This document shows, one piece after another, positions 37,181 to 49,683 of a stretch of 64,000 bases of DNA. A model generated the notes under the pieces. The model did not search any database, was not told the origin of the DNA, and worked only from the letters and a program-made list of their open reading frames with translations. The first letter of the stretch is position 1; each line of letters starts with the position of its first letter. Source of the DNA: Lama glama (taxonomy: Eukaryota); the NCBI GenBank assembly GCA_028534125.1, contig CM052818.1, forward strand, positions 43,712,001-43,776,000, given 5' to 3'. The translations under genes were made by a program, and so were the position numbers.

Positions 37181-37348
37181 AAATACAGATATATCTCTTT
37201 CCATCATTTACACAATTTTAGTTTTGGAGAGGGACTGAGCTACTTGAAAAGAAGAATGAACGTATTCATCTCTGCTCATTTTCTTCTTTGCTGTGTTCCA
37301 ATTATATGATTAAATTCCTGTGTATTAAGAAGCAAACGGCTTTGCAGG

Positions 37349-37395
37349 AAAAAAAAACAAAAACAAAAACAAAAAACAAAAAACAAAAATCAAAA
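37349..37395. repeat. A-rich (CAAAAA)n simple repeat
   Basis: Directly visible. Confidence 0.9.
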
Positions 37396-38659
37396 GCTCC
37401 CTGAACACAGAGGAAACCAATTCAACTGTGCTCAGAGTGGGAAGGAAACAGACATGATGATCTCATTGTTGTATTTCTAGGAAAGATGACTCATGCAGCC
37501 TGCTCAGATTTGGAGTAGCTAGAGGGATCGGAGCATCAGGGATGCTTTCTTTCTCTTTACTGGGACCAGAGTCTCAAGTTTCTTTTAAAACGCAAAGGAG
37601 GAAAGCGCTTAGAAATTGGCGCAAATCAAGAAAACTTCACTACAATGGTCTGTGAGATACGGAGATAAGTGTATCTGTTTCAACTTGAAATTAATTAAAT
37701 TGAGTTGGTGGGGGTGAGAAGAAGGGATCACATAAAACACCAAACTCACTAACTCTTCTGTTTCTAACTCCCGCCAGCCGTCTTCCCCAAGTTCGATTTT
37801 AATTTCCCTTTGATTCCCTCTGAGGGACAAAGAGCCAGTTCAAAGAGGTGAAGGGTAGACTGGAGAAGAGCCGGCCAGAGGCACTGGCCGCCGCATCAGC
37901 CCTTCAAGGGCACTGAGTGGGGAGCACGCACTTCCTTCTAGGAGAAACTTCTTGCCAGTTGGCTGGTAGAGTATGGCTGCCACGGCTCTGGAAGCTTTCT
38001 TTCTGCTTAATTGCCCCAAAATATATACTGTGGATTTATGATCCCATAAATTAGTATTATTAAAAGTCTACTGTGGACCGGGCGCTGTGAGACAAATTTA
38101 TGTACGTCAAATCGCCTGGCTCCTCTAGTGGCATCCAGTTTCTAAGACTGGAGAATTCTGCTGCCGCTGCTGGACTTCACCTCTCTAAAAGGCAGGGGAC
38201 ATTTGCTCTGTCAATAGGAGGAGAAGGGAAAGGTATATATACCGACCTTTTGTGGAATATGGAAAGATGTGAAAGTGACATTCTTCCAGGCTGTCCATTT
38301 CATCACATATTTCATGATAATAAAACGATTTGTAATTTTATTTCAGATCCTGCATGTTTTAATAATGTGCTTATGATCAAAGGTTAAAATTAGCGACAAA
38401 AATCTTAATCTTCAAAGATGCCATCCATATAACTACATTGAAGCGGTAGCCAATATTGAGTAGATTAATAAAACTTTAGTTTTTTTTTTAAAGGGTTATA
38501 ATCTAGGTATAATTTTATTTACTGAGCTGGGAAACTCAAACCTAGTAAGGAGAATGATTTGGTTGAGGTCCCATAGTTGGATAATAAGGTAGAAGGTGGA
38601 AGGACTCACACTGTATGGTGTACAACTCACCATAATTTTATTATCCCATTTCCTGCTTT

Positions 38660-39712
38660 AAAATTAATTTAATTTTTACAAAGTTATACTTGTATATAAT
38701 TGAAATTGTTCAACAGTTCTACAAAGCATATTAGAAAAATATATCTTCACTTCTAGCTCCCAGACAGCCAATTTTAACTGTCTTAATTGATTCTTTCTGT
38801 ATCTACTTCTGTGGCTCTAAAATACAATGTTGCTGTTCCTTCTACCTTTCAAAATTTCTCAGTTCTTGTATTTTCGTTTAAATTCATACTCTAGTAGTTT
38901 CCTAAGGAGCAAAATGTAAGATTAAAAAAAATAGATTTCTAAAAATGGCTTTACTGTAATACGGAATTGAGTGCATGTTTGGATATTAAATTCTGGGTTG
39001 GAAACTACTTTCTAAAATATCAAATGTATTCTTCACTCTAACTTCCAATATTATTATAGAAAAAAACAGTGAAATTCGAACAATCATACCATTTTTTGAA
39101 ACCTGTCTTTCTTTCTGAATAGACACTTACTCTAATCTTATTTTTTAATGGTTCTGAAATCTCAGATGATGTACTTGGGGGAAGACCTTTGGGTCCATTG
39201 TCTGTAGGGGGAACGATCAGAATGAAAATTCTTGTGAGCTCTGAAAACGTTCCTTAAGTTGTTCTTTGGGCAATTCCTCACCTCTGTTTCTCTGTCCTGC
39301 CTCCCTGAGTATCCCGTTATTCAGACATTGGCACATCTGAACTCACCCTTTACTTTTCTTAACTTCGTCTTCTATTTTCTACCCTTTTGATTTTTTGCTC
39401 TCGTTGCTTGTAAATTTCTTCTTGTTATTAACTCATCGTCTTTTGAGATTTTCATTTTTGCTATCATGCTTTTAAGTTTCAGAGTTTTATTAAATTATCC
39501 CCCAAAATTACTTTTTAGAGAAATCCATCATTCTTTCATGACTATAGCATTTTTTTCTCCCTTATTTCTCTGGTGATAGTAATCTCATCTTGATTCATGT
39601 TTTTTCTGCCCTGCAAGGAACGATAGATTCTGTCCTCTCTAAATTACGATATTTTCCAGTGTGCTTCCTTTTCATTTAACATTGGATGCTTTCCTCTGTG
39701 TCTGGTGACCCT
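38660..39712 (-). mobile_element. Ancient L1/HAL1-like fragments
   Basis: T-rich; tttggatattaaattctgggttgg, cctctgtttctctgtcc and tctgtgtctggtgaccct are typical of old antisense L1 ORF1/5' regions. Confidence 0.55.
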
Positions 39713-40212
39713 NNNNNNNNNNNNNNNNNNNNNNNNNNNNNNNNNNNNNNNNNNNNNNNNNNNNNNNNNNNNNNNNNNNNNNNNNNNNNNNNNNNNNNNN
39801 NNNNNNNNNNNNNNNNNNNNNNNNNNNNNNNNNNNNNNNNNNNNNNNNNNNNNNNNNNNNNNNNNNNNNNNNNNNNNNNNNNNNNNNNNNNNNNNNNNNN
39901 NNNNNNNNNNNNNNNNNNNNNNNNNNNNNNNNNNNNNNNNNNNNNNNNNNNNNNNNNNNNNNNNNNNNNNNNNNNNNNNNNNNNNNNNNNNNNNNNNNNN
40001 NNNNNNNNNNNNNNNNNNNNNNNNNNNNNNNNNNNNNNNNNNNNNNNNNNNNNNNNNNNNNNNNNNNNNNNNNNNNNNNNNNNNNNNNNNNNNNNNNNNN
40101 NNNNNNNNNNNNNNNNNNNNNNNNNNNNNNNNNNNNNNNNNNNNNNNNNNNNNNNNNNNNNNNNNNNNNNNNNNNNNNNNNNNNNNNNNNNNNNNNNNNN
40201 NNNNNNNNNNNN
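39713..40212. other. Assembly gap (500 N)
   Basis: Run of N. Confidence 1.
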
Positions 40213-43044
40213 ACAGGCTTCCTTCAGGTGACCGGAGTGTGTCTACAGAGTGTCCCTTTCCCTTGATTCTGGTTCAAGTCCCCTTCTCTTCTTCCTCAGT
40301 CCTACCAAGTTGAAAAAAGCTAGACAGAAACTGCATGTGGCCTAAGGTGGTGGCAAGCCCACTTCTGGGTCAATGCCTTTGGTCATAGAGGAACATGGTT
40401 CATTACCCAGAATCACATGATTTTGGGAAAGAAGAGCACTTCCTTGAAGAAGGGAGAGCTGTGAGCTCCAGAGAGACGGCGTCAGCGTGCCCAGGTCAGG
40501 CTCTCTGGGAGCAGGTGGGCATGCGGATGGATTGACCAGAGGTTCTTGGCTCTAGTCAAGTGGACCAGGGTTAGGACCAGACTCTAATCCCAGTGTGGAC
40601 TGGTACCAGACAGACCCCTGGTATAACAGATCTGGGGGAAGGGTCAGAGGTCACCATGCTCCTAAGACAAGGGTCACAGCACGCTCGCAGTCCCCAGCTG
40701 TCCCTAGCGGAGAGACAAGACTTCTGCTTTGTGGGTGGGCTCAACAATGAGCGGGGCGGGGGAGGATGGGGGGGGAGGCTGCCACGTCCTCAGACTGAAG
40801 GGCGTGGTCTCTCTCTTCTCCAGCTTCATACGCCTTCTCCGCTGCAAGTCTCCTACCACCTTTATTTCTTTCTGCAATGAATTAGCCCGTATGTTTACAC
40901 TTCAGCTCCCTTAGGAAGCTGTGCTTTCTATGGGGGCCTCTTCTGTTTTACATCCCCTTCTAGCCTCTAATTCAGCTTTAAACACAGCGTTGTGATTGCA
41001 GATAGAATGAGTGAAAGAATGAGACACCTTCTCGCAGACTCTCATCAGGCTTTAGTGAAGTCACGTGTTTTTTCTTCATTGAATTATTATTATAGTGCTC
41101 GCTACTCCTCAGTACCTGCCGCAGAGAAGGACCTTAGTGCTTGTGAGCTGAGTGAATACCTAAAAGAAAAAAAAAGTATGTTCGCTAAGCCGACCAGAAT
41201 TGACGCTGGGACTGATAGAGTTCCCAAATGTTATCTCATCGCTTTTGGCGTTGCCTAACTTCTCCCTCAACTGCGTATCAAACAGACAAGGCCGCACAGT
41301 GTGATGGTCCAGGCATCAGACGAGCCCGGATTCTCGTCACGTGACAAGTCTATTTGCTTCCAACCACAGACCTCCCCCTGTCTCTACTTGAGAATTTATG
41401 GCTTTAATATTTGAATCTTTGGGGAAAGAACCATAAAGAAAAATATAAGTATGGAAAATATGTTTCCTGGTTCTTCATACATATGCTTTTAATTGTGAGA
41501 AAGCCATTCAGAAAAGAATTTCCAAGTGCCTTGCTACCATCGCAGATGGTGTAGAAAGGTTGAATTACATCGCCAACAAGAAACAGAACCAGTGGCCTGA
41601 AGATCCGGTCTCCCATCTTCTCAGCCACCTCCCAGAAATACATAATGCCCTGTGACTTAAGAAATGTTCAAAAATCAGAAAAGGCATAGCATAATGTCAC
41701 AGTGTGGGAAATGTTATTTCTTCTTATCTAAGAAGAAAGGAATTTAAAGTTCTTGAGAATTCCAACTTTGGGGAATGCCTGGGGCAAATTTAGCATTGCT
41801 GTAAAATTAGAACACACGTACAGAAGATCTAGGTACCTGGGCTGAGGAAGAGCTGTGCTCAGTATTCTACAGGAAGGACTAAAAGCTCAGTAAGAAGCTC
41901 AAGCAGTAGGCGAGGTCAGCATTCATGGATGTTTAATTAAGCCAGTCTTTGTGCAAGAGAGCAAAGACGTATGTATGATTTAAATGACAAATTATACTTA
42001 CCTGCCTGCTGATTTTTTGCACTGCTCTCAGAGAACTGTGTTTGAATGCTGCGTAGGCCATGGGATAATCGACTTGTGCACCTAATTTGCATTATTTTAC
42101 TTAGTACAGCAATCCTTGATGGCAGCTTTTATCAGCTGCACTTACACTCGAGAGAACTTGAGTCCCAGGGGAGTGAAGTCTCCCCATTGGCTCCAGCAGA
42201 TGACAAAGCTAAAGTTAATTCAAAGTCTGTCTCTGAAGCCAGTCCTCCTTCCCTTCACCTCTCATCCATTTACTGGGAAAAGTAGACCGTGTCCTGTGCT
42301 GGGGATTCGGAGATAAAAATGGCAAAGCACCTGCCCGCAGGCATTCACCTTGTTCCAAGAAATGCAGTCCTTGCATAGTGTGCTAAATGCTCCAACTCAT
42401 CAGTGTTTGTCATCAACTCAGAGTGACCGTCTTACAATCATTCAGAAATCTCACTATGGAGGCAAAAACGACCAAAGTCAAGTCAAGTAAAATCAAACTT
42501 ATAAAATTGAGGATTTACAGTTAAGAAGAGACTTCTGCCTTCTGGAAGAGTATTTATCAACCATGTTACTCAGATTGCTTGCTTGTCTGTTTTCTCCCTA
42601 GACTTGTGGCCTCAGGATGGTCCTTGTTTATTCACGTTTCCATAATACCTTCCAAGGGGTGTGTAGATCCCAGACATCAATGCACATTTGTTTATGGAAT
42701 CAATGTATAAAAGATTAAATGAATGACAACCTTCAAACTTGCCTATGTGGGCAATCGGGCCGTAATCAATTCGGAGAAGATGATGTCTGTGATGTGTTTA
42801 GGAAGGCTGGCCTGGTGGCAGCTGAGAAGTCTGCAAAGGATGGGATGGGAAGTGCCTGAAAGCTGGGAGGCTGGTTGCTACAATCGTAGAGTGAATAAAG
42901 GTTTAAGGAATAAACAGGAATACTGAAAGGCTGTATTTTAAAAAATGGCAAATGCACAGGCATTTCAAAGAAAAATGGAGATGCATCTTTATATGGTATC
43001 TCCACCAGGAGGTGCCTTGGAGGAAAGGAAAACTGAACTAAGAA

Positions 43045-43255
43045 AAATTTCCTATCATGCACTTGCCGTTGGCTCTTTAATATTTTATATCATTTGATAA
43101 TCATCACAGTACGTAATATAGAGTGTTTATCTCTATTGCTTAGTAGAGGAAACAGGCTAAGAAAGGATAAATAATCTGGTCTCCCTATGATAACTTGGGG
43201 AAGCGAGATTTGAAGTAAGGTCTCATGATTCCAAAATTGATGTGTTTCCCACTGG
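43045..43255 (-). mobile_element. MIR
   Basis: atcatttgataatcatcac...tagaggaaacaggctaagaaagg...gagatttgaa..aggtctcatgattccaaa. Confidence 0.6.
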
Positions 43256-45330
43256 CTCATATAATATAAGCTGTCTAAACAAGATGAAGGAAGAAGAAGG
43301 AAAGGCTGAATTCCGGAACTGGAGACAACGTAGAGTGGATACCTATATAAACCTTTGGAAATGAGCTTGCTGACTCAGAGTGATACGGAAGTGCAGCTAG
43401 CAATCAAATCAAAGGCAGTTCCAGACAAGCTAAGCACACTCTGAAGTAATAAGCATGATATATTTATTTTCCATTTCCTCCCTGTGGCTAGGGATTCAAA
43501 GGATAAAGCCGTTACAAACCTTTCAGATGTTTGCTTTTCCTGGTGCCATGCGAGTGTGCCGGGTCTGGAAGGAGGATGTTCACATTAACGAGACTTATTA
43601 TTTTAGACTTGATGAGTTCAGTGATGGGAGAATCAGTCCAGTCTCTCTTCCACATGCCAGGATCTTTCGAGAGTTCAGAGATGTGTGTTGGCACAGCAGA
43701 TGAACCAAAGCTCCGTCTGCGGTGAAGAGACAAAGTCAAGAGCACGTTGTAAAGCGAAGCCCCACGTCCCCTGTGAGGGGTCATCGTACTTCCAGCTGAT
43801 GGCAGCTGGGTTTTGCACGCAGAGGGAAAAAGTAAGTTTGGGGTTACTGAGGAACATGCTCAGCCACAAAGAGGATGCCAGGTGAGCTCAGGGGGCTGGG
43901 GCTGATTCCATGGCCTTTGCCAGGGTGGGCAGAGGACAGGGGGAACGGTCCTTTCCTCTCCTAAGTTGGTCTGTCGGCTACAAGACATCAGGATGAAGTG
44001 CCTTTTGCAGCCCAGGCTTCCCAGGGCCCGCCTGTCCCCTCAGCATCCCTGGCTCTGATGTGCATGAGCAAGGTTGTGGCCCAAGAGATCCTGCCCTCAT
44101 TCTTTTCCATGTGTAACTCCTGCACCCAGACAGAACCCATGCCCATCACCTGGAGTTTTCCAGCTCACAGCTGCCTGGTTTGCATCTGTACCACATAATA
44201 CCTAAGATGATGCAATGACATCTGACTTAAAGGTGGCCAGGGACCCAAGGGATGGAGGCATTATTTGGGGATGTTCCAACTGCTGCTAATGTAGCCCAGA
44301 TGACACCAGGCATGAAGAGATAAACAATAATACACCCAAACGACTCCTGAGCTGCCACCACTCGGTTGATATTTAATGGTGTTACAGAGGAAGTATCCTG
44401 GGGTCCGTATGCTCAGATTCTAATCATAAAGTGATGCTTCCCTCCAAAGAGAGGTTTAAAATGTCCCTCCTACTGCTCCAAGGCACAGAACGGCTGATCC
44501 TGCAGAGAAAATGCAGACTTCAGTTTCGACAGAGAGAGAGCTGCTGCTTTAACACAGACTCAGGAAGCAACATGCAGGGCAAAGCTTAGACATCCACCCC
44601 TGCACTCGGGACTTCGTGACCACGCTGTGGGAGAGCACTGAAGCCAAGCTGAGACCAGTGAGATCCCTGAAATCAGAGGCTTGAGTTCCACTGCAGAGCA
44701 GACCTCATGCAGCAAGAGTGGAGAAACCATCTTGATAGAAAAGACACAGTGAGAACCACAAACAGAGAGAGAACTGGCACCCCAGCCTCGGGGAGTTCTT
44801 ACCGGTGTGAGAAGGAGATGCTGAAGGCCGAGTGCTACCCTACTCTGTGTGGTGCCCGTAAGTGTCTGTGGTCAATGGTATCTAATCACCTTCACACAGT
44901 CTGGGCGTCTTTGTAAAACTTCCAGTTTAAAAATATAAAGAGTGGAGAGAAAAATCTAAACTGTCAGCAGAAGTTCTTCCGGGGACCATCATTTACAGAA
45001 GATCGCGCTGGGCGCCTGCCTCAGCCTTCGCAGAGGAGCTGCTCTCCCTCGTCCGTGCTGACCGGTCCAGAGACATGCAATCTGCAGCCGATGTTCTGCA
45101 AGTGTCCCAGGCAGGACACTCCTGTCCTTCTCAGGGGCTAAAGGCAAAGACCAAGCCTGGAGCACGGAGCTGGGCCTCCCTTCGCACCTGGTGCACTGTC
45201 TGGGCAAAAGGAAGCGCTGGCTGCAGGAAAGCTACCGAGTGTCTCATTAAGCAAATCGTTCAGAAATGTACATCCCCTAAAGGATGCGAAACAGCCCTGG
45301 AAATGGTGAATTCCAGTAGAAGAGAAAATG

Positions 45331-45372
45331 AAAGGGAGAGAGAGAGAGAGAGGAGAAAGGGGGAGAGAGAGA
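45331..45372. repeat. GA-rich simple repeat
   Basis: Directly visible. Confidence 0.85.
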
Positions 45373-48300
45373 GCATTCTAGCAGCATGAAGCAGAGTTAT
45401 TTTATTCTTGTAGCTTGAAGCTGAAGTCCTGGTGCTGTCTGTGACATGGCACCCCTCTGTCACATGTCTTCTATTTCACACTCCTAAGGTGCCTCTTTGC
45501 CTGCCCGTTGCTCAGTCATCCTCCTTGTGCTGGGCTGATCCACTTTAACAGAGTGAAATCCACCCTCATTGACCATTTCCTCGTTTTTCCGAACATACTC
45601 TAGAATCCACTTGCTGCCAGTAGAGTTGAGACAGTCTGTGAATTAGTGGAAATGAGGATGGGGACTACGGGAGTTAACACAGAGCTCTGAGTCAAATCTC
45701 CAAGTTTTCCAGCTCTTCCCTGTGTGAACAGTTGGCTTATCTTCAACGTGGAGGTACTACCAATACTATATTGTTGGTCAGAGGATTACAGTACATGAAT
45801 GTAAACGTGTATAAAGCCCCTAATAGAGAGAGATCCTTTGCACATGCTCAATACTTAACTATATTCTTCCCATCCTCTGTGATAAGTTACACTGGTATAA
45901 CTCATTAAATATGCAAATAGTTTTGATTAGCATCATAATATTCCAATTTCACAACCCTCCTATGAGATAGGCAAGAAAGCTCTATCTGACAGTCCTCAAT
46001 TTAGAGCTGGAACTTTGCGATTTAGTTACCAAATGCGACCGGGCCCCTCCGCCATGACGGTATTCTTGGGAGCCAGTATCCCACTGGAAGGAAGAGTAGC
46101 CTGGCTTAGCAGAATTTGAGCTGGCTCGTTGCCTTCAAGTTTTGACTTCATTGTCCTGTTTTGAGAGCGATCTACTCTAGTCTCCTCCAGTAAAGCGTGC
46201 CCCTTCTTAGGAATCCCACCAGATTGTCCTAGGTCATTCTTCAAAGCACTTAACATTCTCTTTCTCGTCCTTTCATGAGAATGTAAAACCCATAAAGGCA
46301 CCATTTAGCCCTCAGCTCGGCACTCAGCAGGTGTGGAAAAAATATGTATTTTTAAAGTTAAACAGACAGTAACTGATACTGTTTTTGAGGGTACGTTTAT
46401 AATTAGGTCTATTTCCACTTAAAACATTGAACAGCCTGTAACGACTCCAGAAGGCCAATCAGCACTTTCTCATTCTGTAACATCCCCATGGCCAGAGCAG
46501 GAAGGCTTAAGAAGGTCATAGTAACAGGCACAAAACAGTCCACAGCTGGTGGCCAGCAACTGCTTCCTGCCCCCCTCTGGGCTCAGCCTCCTGCAGAGAA
46601 CGAGGGCACCGATGGCGTCCACACAGCCAACCCTGGTGTGCAGAAGTGGATGCGAACACCACCCGCCTGTTCTCGCGTTTGCCTGCATGGATTCCCCGGG
46701 GGAGGCATGGGGAGCGGACAGCGGGATGTTCTGACTGCTGAGGCCCCAATCCTTCTACAAAGAACTCATTTGCGTTAAGAAGAAATAAAACTACCCCCCT
46801 CCAACAACCCTGGAATAGGGAATGAACTCCAGCGCCCAGGGACCCTTCAGCGTCGCACTAGATCCCCTGAGGCCATCCCCATGGCATGTGGGGAAGGCTG
46901 TCTGCGCTCTCAGCCCAGTCAGAGCTTGGATCCCAGAATCAGCCTTTGGACAAATTGTTCTCTTGGACTCTTTTTGAGATGAAAGAGCAAGGAAGGGAGA
47001 GAAGACAGGTGATTTGGGAAAATCTTAGTATCCGACTGAGAAGACCAAAGAACAAAAGCATATGAGGGTGGAAGAGACCCTCAAAGGGAAAATAAGAATC
47101 AGGAGTCAGGAGTTAGGTACCAAACAGGGATACGTGCACAGAAAATGGAGTCGGATAAAAGGAAAGAAAGAGAGAGAAGGTGAGGGGGTTGGAGAGAGAG
47201 GGAGAGAGGCAGAGAGAGGGGTGGCCTATCGGCCGAGCACAGCCCGTCAGCATCCGTGGTTCCTCTTTATCTGTTCGTAAGAGTTGGGTGACCGCTGGGT
47301 TAAAGGCGCAGACAGAGTCCAGGCACATTTCTGACATGGGAAGTGCTAAACTCAGAGCCTAGTGTCTACAGAAGGTAAACAGACAATAAAATGAGTCATT
47401 CCCCACTTCCTGCAGCTCTGATGTGAAGACTTCATGGTCCACACCTGGGAGGAACACTTCTGAGTTTCGACCACCCTCTGTGTGGGGTTTCCCAGGGGTC
47501 AGAGTCCACGCCGCCCTATGTTACGGGCTTTAAATGGACTGCCAAGGCTCTCGGGAGCCACGGCAGGGCGACCCTCCACCTGTGCCGTGTGGCTTTCAGA
47601 TATAAACATACAGGGCCGCTAATGTCTTGCTGCAGTGTTTTCTGTAAACAACTAATAAATTGTGAGGAAACTCTGGTGTCCACTGCGCTCTCCTATGACA
47701 AAGAAAAGATTACCACTGTCCAACATTGTTTTTGCTGCCTGAGGAAAGCCCCGCGAGGAACGTATTCCGTCTGGGTTCAAAATAACAACAGTCAATTCAG
47801 TGCCAGGTCATTTTTGCCAAGTCTCCAGCATATTTCAGATTTCAGTAGCCTCTGAGTATGAATAAAGTCCTTTGCATCTTAATATTAAAAATGGTGATTT
47901 TTCAATGATGTGACCGATTTTCTAGCAAAATTTCCTGTCTTGTCACAGAACCCCTTACCCCCTCCGTTTTGCGGGTTTCAGAAAGATCAGCGTGTGGCCA
48001 GGACAAGGATGTCACCTGCTTGTTTGATGCTCTGGACTAGAGGGTGTGCACCCAGACAGTGCTCAGAACAAAGCCTCCCGCTGACTGGCTCAGCAGTGGT
48101 GGAGCCACGCATCTAGCGCTGTCTCTGCTGAAGGAGTCTGACGCCTGATGGAAAAAATAATAATAATTAAGTTAAATACATAAAAGCATGTCTCCCCAGA
48201 CTTTCCAGTCCTGGGGTTTCTCTCCCTACCACCTCTGCCACTGGCATTACGAGTCGCCTCCTTCCGCTGACATATGCTGTCCACTAGCCCTAAATAATCC

Positions 48301-49616
48301 CGGTCCTCGTGGCTTCTCAAGTTGATCATGTTCCTTCTTTCCATGAGACCCTCGGTCAGCGGGGCCCAGACCAAGACTGCCTCCACGTCGCGTGATTCTT
48401 TCAGTTCACATTGCCAAGATACCTGGATCAACATGTATTTATTTAATCATCTACGCTTCACCAGGTACCAGTTCTCCTTTCTGAGGATTGATGAATTACA
48501 CAGACCCAATACCACCCCACGTGCTCACTCACTGTCTGCCTTTGAACCTCGAGAATCATGGTCCTGGTTGTTTTCATTCTCTGAGGTGCCTCAGCCCCTA
48601 ACTAAATATATTGATGAAATTAATTTATCTGAAGAGGAATGAGACCAGCACATTTATTTTAATCTTCCAAAAGAGCCCAAGCTCCATGGCTTACACAGAA
48701 TCAAAATGGACTTCTAAGGTAGCATTTCTTTTGATGCTCAAAAAGAAATCTCTTAAAGAAATTTTTTATTCTCATCGTGTGCATGAGAATATGCCCCACA
48801 GTTACATAGAGAGGACGCATGGACACTTGCACCCCATACCTGAACTATCTGACTCATAGTGTGATTTTTTCCTACTATTATCAGTTCACAGGTTAACATG
48901 AAATTGTCTGTTAATTGTTCCACAGTTGATAATTGTATCGTTCGCTGGACTATGAGATTCTGAAAGATACCTTTTCTGTCCCAGCACAGAGACAGATGAT
49001 TGACTATGTGATGGGTGCTCCAAAGAAAGGTAATCTTCGCTTGAATTGAATTGAGTCACGTTGAGTTGGGTAGAATTAAGTTCATACCCTTCATCGATGA
49101 AGCTATGAATAACCTTGACCCTGGTACAAACCGCACTTGGCTGGAATCGCTCTGCCCCTCACACTGCAACCACACGATCACTGAGTTTGAAAAACTGCCG
49201 TTGATGACTATAATGAATGCAACCCCTGAGGCTATCTATCATTGCCTCTAACAATTTCCAGAGATCATGAAAGGCAGTGGAACAAAATATGGCTTGGGAG
49301 TCTGAGAAACTTGGGTTGAAGTCTACTCTCCATTGTACAGAACTGTCCAAATAAAGGCATGGTTCATGTCTTTGGACCTCTACGAAAGTGGTTACAATAC
49401 CCCTCACATATAGGGTCAGTGTACGGTTTTAATGTGATGCAACGTGATGACCTGCAGTGTAAACTCTCAATATTTCATTTCTCAGCTCGTTTCTCTTCCA
49501 TCCTATTCCTAGCATCCAGTGGACTCAATGTACTAATGAAAGCACCAAGACAAAGCCTTTCACTGATTGGAGTATATCTAAGACTTTTTCTCTAATCTTG
49601 TATAGTCACTTCTGCA

Positions 49617-49683
49617 GACGGGAATAGAACATTCTAGGAAGGGAATAGAACGTTCTAAGACGGGAATAGAACGTTCTAGGAAG
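49617..49683. repeat. 21-bp minisatellite, about 3.2 copies
   Basis: gacgggaatagaacattctag / gaagggaatagaacgttctaa / gacgggaatagaacgttctag / gaag. Confidence 0.95.

Noticed and set aside
39686..40313. ORFs of 181 and 202 aa
   Set aside because: They span the second N gap.
49617..49683. CRISPR-like palindromic repeats
   Set aside because: The units are directly tandem with no unique spacers, there are no cas genes, and the context is mammalian.
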